Of a DNA stretch of 64,000 nucleotides, positions 1 through 9,451 are shown one piece after another. This DNA is from an uncultured Planctomycetaceae bacterium (GTDB lineage: Bacteria; Planctomycetota; Planctomycetia; Isosphaerales; Isosphaeraceae): positions 1,344,001 to 1,408,000 of the forward strand of contig CAWIAD010000001.1 of the NCBI GenBank assembly GCA_963833985.1, written 5' to 3'. A model generated the notes under the pieces. It did no database searches. It saw only the letters and a list, made by a program, of their open reading frames with translations, and had not been told where the DNA came from. Position 1 is the stretch's first letter, and the number at the start of each line of letters is the position of its first letter. The position numbers and the translations under genes are program-made.

Positions 1-234
1 CGGGTGCTCGCGCAGGAACGATCCGATCTCGCTCAGGGAGAAATGCCACCATGCCGCCAGGTCCAGGTAGTCGCGGCCGTAGTCGCCCACCGCGGTCACC
101 AGACGAGCCGTCCCCAGAATCATCATCCAGTAGCTCAACCGGCTCGTCCGTGCCATGAGGACCGGGGAGCGTGCCTCGACGTTCCTCCCGGAGGCCGGTT
201 CCGTAACTCCCTGAGCCTGCGCGATCGGCTGCAT
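1..234 (-). CDS. Hypothetical membrane protein, 5' part (runs off the window)
   Basis: Manual translation from ATG 234 with GGAGG SD: MQPIAQAQG...SYWMMILGTARLVTAVGDYGRDYLDLAAWWHF..., open to position 1. Confidence 0.55.
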   Translation of the reverse strand, partial: MQPIAQAQGVTEPASGRNVEARSPVLMARTSRLSYWMMILGTARLVTAVGDYGRDYLDLAAWWHFSLSEIGSFLREHP

Positions 235-554
235 CGCTTGCCTCCGCCCACTCCTGGGAAACGATCTTGAGACGGTCAGAGCGCATCATCCGAGACGGGC
301 ACCCGCTTCAGGTTTTACCACACTGGGCCCGTCTGGTGACCCGATTTTCTCACGTGTCACCCTGGCTACCGCCGAACGAGAGCCCTCCCGTGAGTTTTCG
401 GTCCTCTTGAGGTATAGTGAATTCAGCGTCAATCGGAGGGCGCAGGGACACGGGGAGGGCGCAGGGACAGGCGGAAGTCCTGTTCTCGTCCGACTCGAAG
501 GCCAGTTTCCGCGGCCTCGCGACCTGTCGCCGGGCCGAAGAACGGTGCACGCCC

Positions 555-1848
555 ATGATTCCAGAACCCATGCTCAATGAGAACGCTCCAGGAGTGCAAG
601 CACGCGGGCGGAACCCGGGTGCACGCCTCCGGTGGTTCGGCCTGGCCCTGATCGCCGCGCTGGCGCTTGCCATTCCGGCCATCGGCTTTCTGCTGATGGG
701 CGAGCGGAAAGATCCCGACACGCTCTGGAGGGAGGGTGAGGCCTACCTCAGGAGCGAGCAGATCGAGCGGGCGGATGCGGTTGCTGACCGCCTGGTTCGC
801 ATGCGGAAGCCCACGCCGCTGGACCTCATGTTCCTGGCCCAGCTCGATCTGGCGCACGACCGCGGCGAGGATGCCGTCTTCAAGTTACGGCAAATACCGG
901 ACCAGCACCCCATGGCCGCGCAGGCCTGGCTCATGATCGGCCGCACCGAGCTCAGGCAACAGCGGGCGCGTCTGGCCGAGGAGGCCCTGCGCAAGGCGCT
1001 CCAGCTCGATCCGAAGCTCGAGGCCGCGCACCGCGAGCTGATCTATATCCTTGGTTACCAGCTCAGGCGAACGGAGCTGAGCGCGGAATTCCTGGCGCTC
1101 TCGCGTCTCACCGAGCTTGGTTTCGATAACATGTTTCACTGGTGCTTGATGCGAACGGCACTCTGGGAACCCGATACGGCCATCGAACAGCTCAGACAGT
1201 TCTCGGAGGCGGATCCCCTCGACCGCTGGTCGCGGATTGCCCTGGCTGACAATTACCGCCGTATGGGCCAGCTTGACGCCGCCGAGGAGACGATCGCACC
1301 GCTGGCGGGCTCCGATGTGGATGCCCTGGCGATCCGGGTCATGCTCGCGATCGACCGGCACGATCACCCGCGCCGAGAGCTTGCTCGCCTCGGGCCCGGC
1401 CGATGATCCCACGCTGGCCCGTCTCAGGGGCCGGCTTGCGCTGGCGCAACGCGACGGCCCGGCCGCGATCCGCTACTTTCGCCGCGCCTACGAACATGAT
1501 CCTCAAGACCGGGACCTGCTGCTTGGCCTGATCAATGCGTTCACCCTGGCCGGTGACGACAAGGACGCTGCGCCGCTGCGCGAGAAGGCCAGGGATTTCG
1601 AGCGGATCAATAGCCTGGTGCAACGGGCGGCGCTTCCCAACGAGCGAGGCAGTCTCGGGCTGATCCGCGAGCTTGGCGCGGCCTGCGCCGCGGCCGGCCG
1701 TCTGCCCGAAGCGCGTGGCTGGTACCGTCTGGCAATCGCACGCGATCCGCTCGACGTCGAGTCGCAGCAGGCACTCTTTCAGATTGACCAGAAAGAGCGG
1801 ACTCGAAACGCGTTGCCCGATGCGGGCGGAAAGCGCCCCGCGGGCTGA
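555..1848 (+). CDS. Tetratricopeptide-repeat protein with N-terminal TM anchor (frameshift near 1367)
   Basis: ORFs 417-1406 and 1237-1848 join at DRHDH/TRAESLL; TPR-like helices AEEALRKALQLDP, AIRYFRRAYEHDP, ARGWYRLAIARDP. Confidence 0.8.
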
Positions 1849-1879
1849 GCGGCCAGATCCTGGACCATTGATTCTTCTC

Positions 1880-2538
1880 ATGCACGATCACAGCTCCGGC
1901 CTGCTGACGCAACCATGGCTGCTGGCCGCCACGGACACCCGGGGCGACTGGCACTTCGGCATCGGAGACCCGACGCCGATTGGCTGGTTCACCGTGTTCG
2001 CTTACCTGGTGGCCACTCTCGCCTGCGGCGTGGTCTGGACCCGCGAGCGGCAGGGCGCAAGCGTGGCGCGGCGGACAGCTCGACTTTCTGGCTGGTGCTG
2101 ACTCTCGCCTTGCTGTTCCTGGGGATCAACAAGCAGCTTGACTTGCAGACCTTGCTGAATGATGTCGGCCGGCGTGTCGCCAGGTCTCAGGGCTGGTATG
2201 ACCGTCGCCGGATTTACCAGACGGCGTTCATCGCCACCGTCGCAACGGCCGGACTCGGCGTTCTGGCGGCCTTCTCGTGGCTGGCTCGCCGGCACTGGAA
2301 GCGCAACTTCCTGGCACTGCTGGGAACCGTATTTCTCTCTGTCTTCGTCTTGACCAGAGCCTCATCCATTCACCATGTGGACGTGATGCTCCGGTGGCGG
2401 TTTCTGGGATGGACCTGGAACTGGATTCTCGAGCTGGGGGGCATCGCCATCGTGGCCACAGGCGCGTTGCTTGCGGCAAGGAGCCCGGGGCACCAAGCAA
2501 CGCGGAGCCCGGATCGTATGTGGTTCCCGCGAAGATAA
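1880..2538 (+). CDS. Conserved integral membrane protein (GIGDPT...GINKQLDLQ type; frameshift near 2055)
   Basis: WHFGIGDPTPIGWFTVFAY in one frame continues as FWLVLTLALLFLGINKQLDLQ...GWYDRRR...WILELGG in another. Confidence 0.7.
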
Positions 2539-2657
2539 CGGGCTCGCATTCCGCCCGCCCGCGAGGGATGTCCGAACGCCGGGTCGTGTCCGGACTCGCC
2601 GGCCCGGACGACTCACCGGATCGTACATCCTCCGCTGGCTGGAGAGGGCGGGGGGGC

Positions 2658-3509
2658 TCAGTGCGCCGAGTCGGCCACAAGGGGCGGCACACCGCGATCC
2701 TGCATGTAGGGGTAACCGGGCTTGAAGGTGGGAGCGATCACCTCGACGAGGTGGCGCGAGGACCAGATGCCGTGCCGTGCGTTGCCAGGGAAGTAGACCC
2801 TGGTCTCTCCCGTCAAGGGGTGCTCGAGCACTTGCCGCGAGCAGATTTGCAGGCCGAGCAAGCAAACCGGGAACTCCGCGGCACGCTCCATGTCACCCAG
2901 CCTGAGCGGCTCGGAGAGGGGCAGGCCGGCGTAGCGGAAAGCTTTCTCCGTCATCTCGACGCAGTAAAGCGCGGAGTCGTCCAGGCCGAGCTCGTAATCA
3001 AACGGGGGTTGCTGCACGAACACCTTGCGGCAATACGCCAGCACCATGGGAATGGCCTTGCGATCCGCGGGCCGCAGCCTCTTGACCCCGAAATTGCCCA
3101 CGTTATCCAGGATCCAGACGCAGAACGGCTGCTTCGCCACGCCGCTTCCGGTCGTATCATAGACCATCGGGGTATCGTTCTCGATGGCGACGATCCCGGT
3201 ATGTGAGAACTTGCTGTTGCTGCAATTCGCGTAGAACCGGCTCATGGGAAAGAACCCGCGGAGTACCCGCGCGTCGCCGAGCCTAAAGACGATGTCTCCA
3301 TCCTTGAGAACCTTGCGGCCCCACTCATCCCAGCGAGCCATCTGCGGCGTCGTCTCGATTGGCGGCAGTTTGCCTTCACGGCGTGCGCGCCACGCGTCCG
3401 GGCCCCAGTAGTTTCCCTGGAAGCCAGGAGGGACCAGGCGGTCGGTCATCTCCCGACCCTCGGGAGGGTACAGGTAGAAGGGCAGGAACAGAAGGAGGAT
3501 CTTGATCAT
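2658..3509 (-). CDS. YiiX/YebB-like permuted NlpC/P60 cysteine hydrolase
   Basis: DGDIVFR, FSHTGIV, FDY...LYCVEM: His before Cys (permuted order). Confidence 0.8.
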   Translation of the reverse strand: MIKILLLFLPFYLYPPEGREMTDRLVPPGFQGNYWGPDAWRARREGKLPPIETTPQMARWDEWGRKVLKDGDIVFRLGDARVLRGFFPMSRFYANCSNSKFSHTGIVAIENDTPMVYDTTGSGVAKQPFCVWILDNVGNFGVKRLRPADRKAIPMVLAYCRKVFVQQPPFDYELGLDDSALYCVEMTEKAFRYAGLPLSEPLRLGDMERAAEFPVCLLGLQICSRQVLEHPLTGETRVYFPGNARHGIWSSRHLVEVIAPTFKPGYPYMQDRGVPPLVADSAH

Positions 3510-3643
3510 TCTTGGCTCTCTACACTAGGAGACATCGATTCCGCGCCGTGCGATGTCGACACGGGGAAATTCCCTGGCTCACTGTCCGCCGGGGCTGACT
3601 GGAAAAGTTTGAGAACCCGCACCGGAGGCCTGCGTGGCAGCAA

Positions 3644-4400
3644 TCAAACCTTCGAGGCGGTCGCCTTCGCCTGCATGGCATTGAGCGATCTTTCGAGGAT
3701 CGTCTCGGGGGTACCCTCGGCTTGAATGGGCACAAGCCGCCCGGTCCGCTGGTAATACTCGGCCAGGGGACGCGTGCTTTCCTCATAGGCCTGCATCCGG
3801 ACGCGAATCGATTCAGGCCGATCGTCCTCGCGCTGGATGAGCGTTGCTCCGCACAGGTCGCAGATCCCCTCGTGCTCTGGCGGACGGGCCGTCACGTGGA
3901 ACACGGCCTTGCACTTCGAGCAGGTGCGCCTGCCGCCCAGCCGATCCACAATCTCGTCCAGGGGCAACTCGTAACTGAGCACCGCATCCAGGGAAACACC
4001 TTGCAGTTCCAGGAGCTCGATCGAGCGCTTCGGCCTGGGCTGCCGTGCGGGGAAAGCCGTCCAGCAGGAAACCTCCACCGCAGCTCAAACAACCGGATCT
4101 CTCGCTGACCATGGAAACGACCAGGCCGTCGGAAACGAGCTCGCCGCGCCGCATCGCCTCGAGCGCGGCACTCAGGGCCGGACTGTGCTCGGACTGACAC
4201 TGAGCCGCACGAAAGACGTCGCCCGTGGAAAGGTGGCAGGTTCCCAGCGTCTTGCAAAGCAGCTCAGCCTGCGTCCCCTTGCCCACGCCCGGAGGCCCCA
4301 GTAGCACAAGTCGGTAAACAGCTCCTCGCGCAGCAGGAGCTACGTCACATTTCGCATCGCCACCCTCGAACCACGCCGCGCGATCTGGTTTGTCGGTCAT
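3644..4400 (-). CDS. adk: Adenylate kinase with Zn-lid (frameshift near 4021)
   Basis: LLGPPGVGKGTQA, HLSTGD, GFLLDGFPRT, then RLGGRRTCSKC...CDLCG...QREDD in the next frame. Confidence 0.9.
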
Positions 4401-4569
4401 TCCCGGCTCCTGGGAGTCTCTCGAGCGGTCTTCAATCCCCCAGCTTTCCCAGACACGCAGTGAAAGATGAAGAACCGCCAACTTCTCCTCGATGGAAACA
4501 CCTATCCAGGGTAATGAGCCGGTACCCGGTGCCGTCAAGAGATCGCTTCACCCGCGGTATGAAAAAAGT

Positions 4570-4583
4570 GCAAGTTTCGTTCC
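4570..4583 (-). promoter_or_regulatory. Putative sigma54 -24/-12 promoter upstream of adk
   Basis: Minus strand GGAACGAAACTTGC fits GG-N10-GC with TTGC. Confidence 0.45.
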
Positions 4584-4744
4584 CAAGTCCGCAAAATCGA
4601 TTGTTCCACAGCCGCCTGCCCGCGAGCCGCCTCGCGGACATGAGTATCGGCTGCCGGGTCTTGTGATTTGACCTTCCTCCACTGACAAACCGAAGTGGCG
4701 ATCACCGTTTTCTACGACCATTTCCCGGTGGATGTTCCGGGCTC

Positions 4745-5160
4745 CCGCAAGCCGTTCACCCAAGGGTGAGAGCTCGATGGCAGGTCTCGAGGGGGCTCGG
4801 CGTCGGCCTAACCATGGCGCGAGAGGCTGATCAAGCTCCCAGGGAGAGTGCTGACAACCTGCGACGGGCCGGGAAGGGGATGACTTCACGCGGCAACTCC
4901 TCGCCGCAACAAGATCGAGGCCGACTCCTTGAAAGGCCGGTCACGGCTTGGCCCTGGAATGAAGCGGCCCGCGCGCGTTCCGGTCGTCGACGATGACTCG
5001 GAGAAGGCCCAGCGGACTGGCCGGATTCTCGAAGTACTGGGACATGACGGTTGAGCAAGGGGAAGGCCGGATGCCTAAGTGGTTCCCGGCCTCCCCCGAA
5101 TCCGACGTCATTGAGCGTGCACCTGGCACCTTCGCCCACAAGCGAGTCGACATCGACTGG
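4745..5160 (+). pseudogene. Decayed hybrid histidine kinase C-terminus (HATPase_c plus receiver)
   Basis: Fragments across frames: KPFTQG / SRGLGVGLTMAR / RLIKLPGRVLTTCDGPGRG* / RVPVVDDDSEKAQRTGRILEVLGHDG* / HKRVDID. Confidence 0.6.
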
Positions 5161-5991
5161 TGCACCCACCCAACAGGTCATTTATATGCGCTTCCTCGGC
5201 GAGAATCAAGAGTATTAAGTTTTTTTAAGCAGCGTTGGGCGGTCTCTTTCAACCATTTTGTCAGGTGTACCTCGCGATAAACCTTGTCGCATCGCCATGT
5301 CGCTCCTTCCACCTATGCCGGGACGGCAGCTCAGATCAGCTCGAAAGGCTGGGGGAGGAGCCTACTTCACGGCCGCTTGCTCCGGCTCTTGCTCGATTCC
5401 CCTGAGGGCAATGCATGTGAGTGAAATGTACTCGTTCACGGGCCGAGGGCGACAGGCGTATAGAAAGCTCGAGGCTATCCCGGCACCTGTCATGCGGCGT
5501 GAAACGGCGAGTCGGCAAGGCCAAACCGCTCGGCCTCAAATCGCTGAACCTTTAGTCCCGGACGAACGTACCGTACGTCGTGGTGCGGCTCGAGCAGGAG
5601 TTCGTGTGGGCGACCATCCGTTGATCCGACCGACTGGCGCCGCGACGGATCGGTGACCGGGACCAATCCTCGGCCCGAGTCCGCAAGCCGGCTCGTTAGG
5701 CGATCGATGCGAGAGTTCAGTTCGCCGCAGTGCCGACCTCGCGCTACGGCGACTACCTGTCCGGGGGCCGCACCGGGATTTCCGGAGGGGTTCCGGAGTT
5801 TCGCCGATATGCGGCTTGGATGCCCCGAGGCATCCCAAATGATCGCAGATGGTGGGCCTGGGCTGTACGGGCCTGGCATCCGCACGGGGTGATGCGGGGG
5901 CCGTCGCGGGCCGGTGGGCGGCCCGGCCTTTGTGTATACTAGGTCGGGTGCGGGGGCCCGTTCGGCGAAAGGGCCAGTCCAGGAGCGCATC

Positions 5992-8262
5992 ATGGGGGCC
6001 GGTCGCGATCGGAGCGGGGCGGATCAACGCCCCGAGGAGCTGGGTGCCCTGCGGGCCGAGAATGACGCCCTGCGCGACCGCATCGCCTCACTGGTGGCCG
6101 TCATCAATATCATGGACGACGCTGTCTTCGTCAAGGGCGGGGACGGCCGCTATCGGATGATCAATTCCGCGGGCGCCCGCCTGCTCGGCCGGTCGCGGGA
6201 CGAAGTCATCGGGAAGGATGACACGGAGCTGTTCGAGGCCGAGACGGCCGAGCGGCTCATGATGGACGACCGCTCCATCATCGCGGAGGGCGCGGCCCGG
6301 ACGTACGAGGAGGTGGCGACGTCGTCGGAGGTCACGCGCACCTATCTCGTCACGAAGGGGCCTTACCGGGACGACCGGGGACTCGTCGCCGGTTTGGTCG
6401 GCGTCTCGCGGGATATCACCGCGTGGCGGCGCGACGAGACGGCGCTGCGCGAGGCACGGCAGTTCCTGGCAAGGCTGCTGGACCACGCCCCGGCCCTGAT
6501 CTACGTCACCTCCGCCGACGGGGAAGTCCGGCTCGTCAACCGGGCCTGGGAGGGCCTGTTCGGGATGCGACGCGACGACGTGGTCGGCCGCTCGGCGGGG
6601 TGCCTGTTCCCGCCCGAAGAGGCAGGTCGCTTCCTGGAGCAGAATCGGACGGTTATTGCGTCCGGGACGCCTCTCGAGCTGGACGAGGAGGTGAGTACGC
6701 CCGGCGGTCGGCGCGAGCTGCACACGGTCAAGTTCCCCCTGCGTGACGCCATCGGCCGGATCGAGGCCGTGGGGGGGATCTCCTTCGACGTCACCGCCCG
6801 CCGGAGGGCCGAGAAATCGCTCGAGGAGAGCCGTCGCCGTATGCGTGCCCTCTTCGAGAACACTCTGGACGCCATCTGGCTCCTCGACGACGAGGGCCGG
6901 TTCGTCGACGCCAACCCCGCCGTCTGCGCCCTGCTGGGCTACACCCGCGAGGAGTTCCTGCGGATGCGAATCGAGGACGTGGCGACCGCGGATGAGAGAG
7001 GATCGGTCCGGGATCTGTGGAACGCAATCCTCGCCGCGGGCCAGCTCGCCGGTGAGTTCACTCAGATTAGCAGGGACGGCACGACGCGGGTCGTCGACTA
7101 TCGCGCGGTCGCCAACATCTTGCCGGGTCTCCACCTGTCGGTGAACCGCGACATCACCGAGCGGAGGCGGGCGGAGCGGGAGCTGCGTGCCAGCGACGAG
7201 CAGGTCCGTTTGCTGCTGGACTCCACGGGCGAGGCGATCTGCGGGATTGACCTGGAGGGTCACTGCACGTTCTTCAACGCCTCCTGCCTCCGGCTCCTGG
7301 GGTACGCTGATCGGGCCGACCTGTTGGGCCGGGAGCTGCACCGGCTCATCCACCACACCCGGCCCGATGGGGCGCCCTTCCCCCGCGAGGCGTGCCGGAT
7401 TCTCTGCGCATGCTGCCGCGGGGAGGAGGCCCACGCCGAAGACGAGGTTTTCTGGCGCGGCGATGGGACGAGCTTCTCGGTCGAATACTGGTCCCACCCG
7501 GTGCGCCGCGGTGGTGAGGTGGTCGGGGCCGTGGTCACATTCGTCGACATCAGCGAGCGGCGTCGGGTCCAGGAGGAACTCCGCGAGACAGCGGAGCGGC
7601 TCCAGGTCCTCTCACGCCGCCTGGTCGAAGTCCAGGAGGAAGAGCGGAGGCATCTGGCACGCGAGCTCCACGACGAGATCGGCCAGGCTTTGACGGCGAT
7701 CGGGATCGGCATCCAGGCCGCCAAGAAGGCGAGCTCGGACGCCGCCACGTCGTACCTCGACGACTGCATCGGCCTGGTCGACAGCGCGATAGGGCAGGTG
7801 CGCCACCTCTCGCTCGACCTCCGGCCGTCGATGCTCGACGACCTCGGCCTGGTGGCGACCCTCCGATGGTACGTCGACCGTCAGGCCCAGCGGGCCGGCT
7901 TTCGGGCGCGCTTCACCTCCGACGCGGTCGACATCCGCCTCGATCCCGCGATCGCGACGGCGGCCTTCCGGGTGGCGCAGGAGGCGCTGACGAACATAGC
8001 CCGGCATGCCAAGGCCCGCCGGGTCCGGGTGAGCGTGAGGCACCGCGACGGGTCCCTGCGACTGGCGGTCCGCGACGACGGGGTCGGGTTCGACTCGGGG
8101 GCGGCCCTGGGGTATGGGGCTCGGGGCTCGGGGCTCGGGCTGCTGGGGATGCGCGAGCGGGCGGCCCTCCTCGGCGGTCGCGTCGACGTCCGCTCCCTCC
8201 CGGGCCGTGGGACCCGGGTCTTGCTGACCATCCCCCTGCGGCATCCTGAAGGAGGGGCCTAG
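5992..8262 (+). CDS. Multi-PAS sensor histidine kinase, NarX/UhpB (HisKA_3) type
   Basis: AGGAG SD; four PAS/PAC repeats; EEERRHLARELHDEIGQ, FRVAQEALTNIARHA, DDGVGF, GLGLLGMRER. Confidence 0.93.
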   Translation: MGAGRDRSGADQRPEELGALRAENDALRDRIASLVAVINIMDDAVFVKGGDGRYRMINSAGARLLGRSRDEVIGKDDTELFEAETAERLMMDDRSIIAEGAARTYEEVATSSEVTRTYLVTKGPYRDDRGLVAGLVGVSRDITAWRRDETALREARQFLARLLDHAPALIYVTSADGEVRLVNRAWEGLFGMRRDDVVGRSAGCLFPPEEAGRFLEQNRTVIASGTPLELDEEVSTPGGRRELHTVKFPLRDAIGRIEAVGGISFDVTARRRAEKSLEESRRRMRALFENTLDAIWLLDDEGRFVDANPAVCALLGYTREEFLRMRIEDVATADERGSVRDLWNAILAAGQLAGEFTQISRDGTTRVVDYRAVANILPGLHLSVNRDITERRRAERELRASDEQVRLLLDSTGEAICGIDLEGHCTFFNASCLRLLGYADRADLLGRELHRLIHHTRPDGAPFPREACRILCACCRGEEAHAEDEVFWRGDGTSFSVEYWSHPVRRGGEVVGAVVTFVDISERRRVQEELRETAERLQVLSRRLVEVQEEERRHLARELHDEIGQALTAIGIGIQAAKKASSDAATSYLDDCIGLVDSAIGQVRHLSLDLRPSMLDDLGLVATLRWYVDRQAQRAGFRARFTSDAVDIRLDPAIATAAFRVAQEALTNIARHAKARRVRVSVRHRDGSLRLAVRDDGVGFDSGAALGYGARGSGLGLLGMRERAALLGGRVDVRSLPGRGTRVLLTIPLRHPEGGA

Positions 8263-8263
8263 C

Positions 8264-8917
8264 GTGGAGACGATCCGCGTCCTGATCGCCGACGACCACA
8301 CGCTCGTCCGCGCCGGCATCCGTGCCCTGCTCCAGGGACTGGACGGGGTCGAGGTCGTCGCCGAGGCGGGCGACGGCCGCGAGGCCATGGCCCTCGCGCA
8401 GGTGCATCGACCCGACGTCCTCGTGACCGACATCGCCATGCCGCACGTCAGCGGGCTGGAGCTGGCTAGCCGCGTGGCCCGCGAGCTGCCGGAGGCTCGC
8501 GTGATCATCCTGAGCATGCACGGCAACGAGGAATACGCGAGCCGGGCGCTTCAGGCCGGCGCGGCGGGCTACCTTCTGAAGGACTCGGGACTCGCCGAGC
8601 TGGAGATTGCGGTCCGAGCCGTGGCGCGGGGCGAGACCTATCTCAGCCCGGCCGTCTCCAAGCACGTCATCGCCGACTACCTCCGGCGCACGGGAGGAGC
8701 GCAGGCGGAGTCGGGATCGCTGACGCCCCGGCAGCGCCAGGTGCTCCGGCTGATCGCGGAGGGGAAGACGACGAAGGCGATTGCCCGGCTCCTCGGGGTG
8801 AGCGTCAAGACAGTCGAGACCCACCGGGCCCTGCTCATGGACCGGCTCAACATCCACGACCTGGCCGGGCTGGTCCGCTACGCCATCCGGATCGGGCTCG
8901 TCGAGGCAGGCGGCTGA
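8264..8917 (+). CDS. NarL/LuxR-family response regulator
   Basis: IRVLIADDH, DIAMP, GYLLK, LTPRQRQVLRLIAEG...SVKTVETHR. Confidence 0.95.
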   Translation: METIRVLIADDHTLVRAGIRALLQGLDGVEVVAEAGDGREAMALAQVHRPDVLVTDIAMPHVSGLELASRVARELPEARVIILSMHGNEEYASRALQAGAAGYLLKDSGLAELEIAVRAVARGETYLSPAVSKHVIADYLRRTGGAQAESGSLTPRQRQVLRLIAEGKTTKAIARLLGVSVKTVETHRALLMDRLNIHDLAGLVRYAIRIGLVEAGG

Positions 8918-8927
8918 CGCCGCGTTC

Positions 8928-8989
8928 TCGGGTTTGACCCCGAGGCGTATCGGGGGAACCCCGGTCCGCACGCCCGGGGTAAGACCCGA
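8928..8989. promoter_or_regulatory. Three phased inverted repeats YCGGG-N5/6-CCCGR (candidate operators)
   Basis: TCGGGtttgacCCCGA (8928), TCGGGggaacCCCGG (8950), CCGGGgtaagaCCCGA (8974). Confidence 0.4.
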
Positions 8990-9181
8990 TGGCCGGGGCA
9001 GGCCCCGCGATCGACACTGAGAGCAGTCCGAGCGGGCGCGGCTGCCGCGATGTCGCGGGAGCCATCAGGCTACGATCGCCTGCGCCCGACTCGGCGACGG
9101 GCGACCACGACCCCTGGCCGGGATCGACCCACGGCGGCTGGACTGCCACCCCGCGTCGGATGCTACACGGAGTCAGTCGCG

Positions 9182-9451
9182 ATGAAGAGATCGTTGATGG
9201 AACCCAGGACCTTCCGCACCGACAGCCCGTCCGCCGACGAGGACCACCGGGTGCTCCTCGCCCTCCTTGGCCGCGTGCTCACCCGGATCGGCCAGGGCGA
9301 CGGCGGGCCGCCCATCCTCCCGGGGGGCCTGCCAGCCCGGTGGGACGACGAGGCGTACGTCTACCTCGAGGCCGTCCTCACCAAGCCCATTGAGTTCGGG
9401 GCCGACATCACGGTCCACGACGGTCGCGTCTTCATCCGGCTGGAGAAATGA
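9182..9451 (+). CDS. Small hypothetical protein (89 aa), coupled to the HD-GYP gene
   Basis: GGAG before ATG 9182; stop overlaps next start (ATGA at 9448). Confidence 0.6.
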   Translation: MKRSLMEPRTFRTDSPSADEDHRVLLALLGRVLTRIGQGDGGPPILPGGLPARWDDEAYVYLEAVLTKPIEFGADITVHDGRVFIRLEK

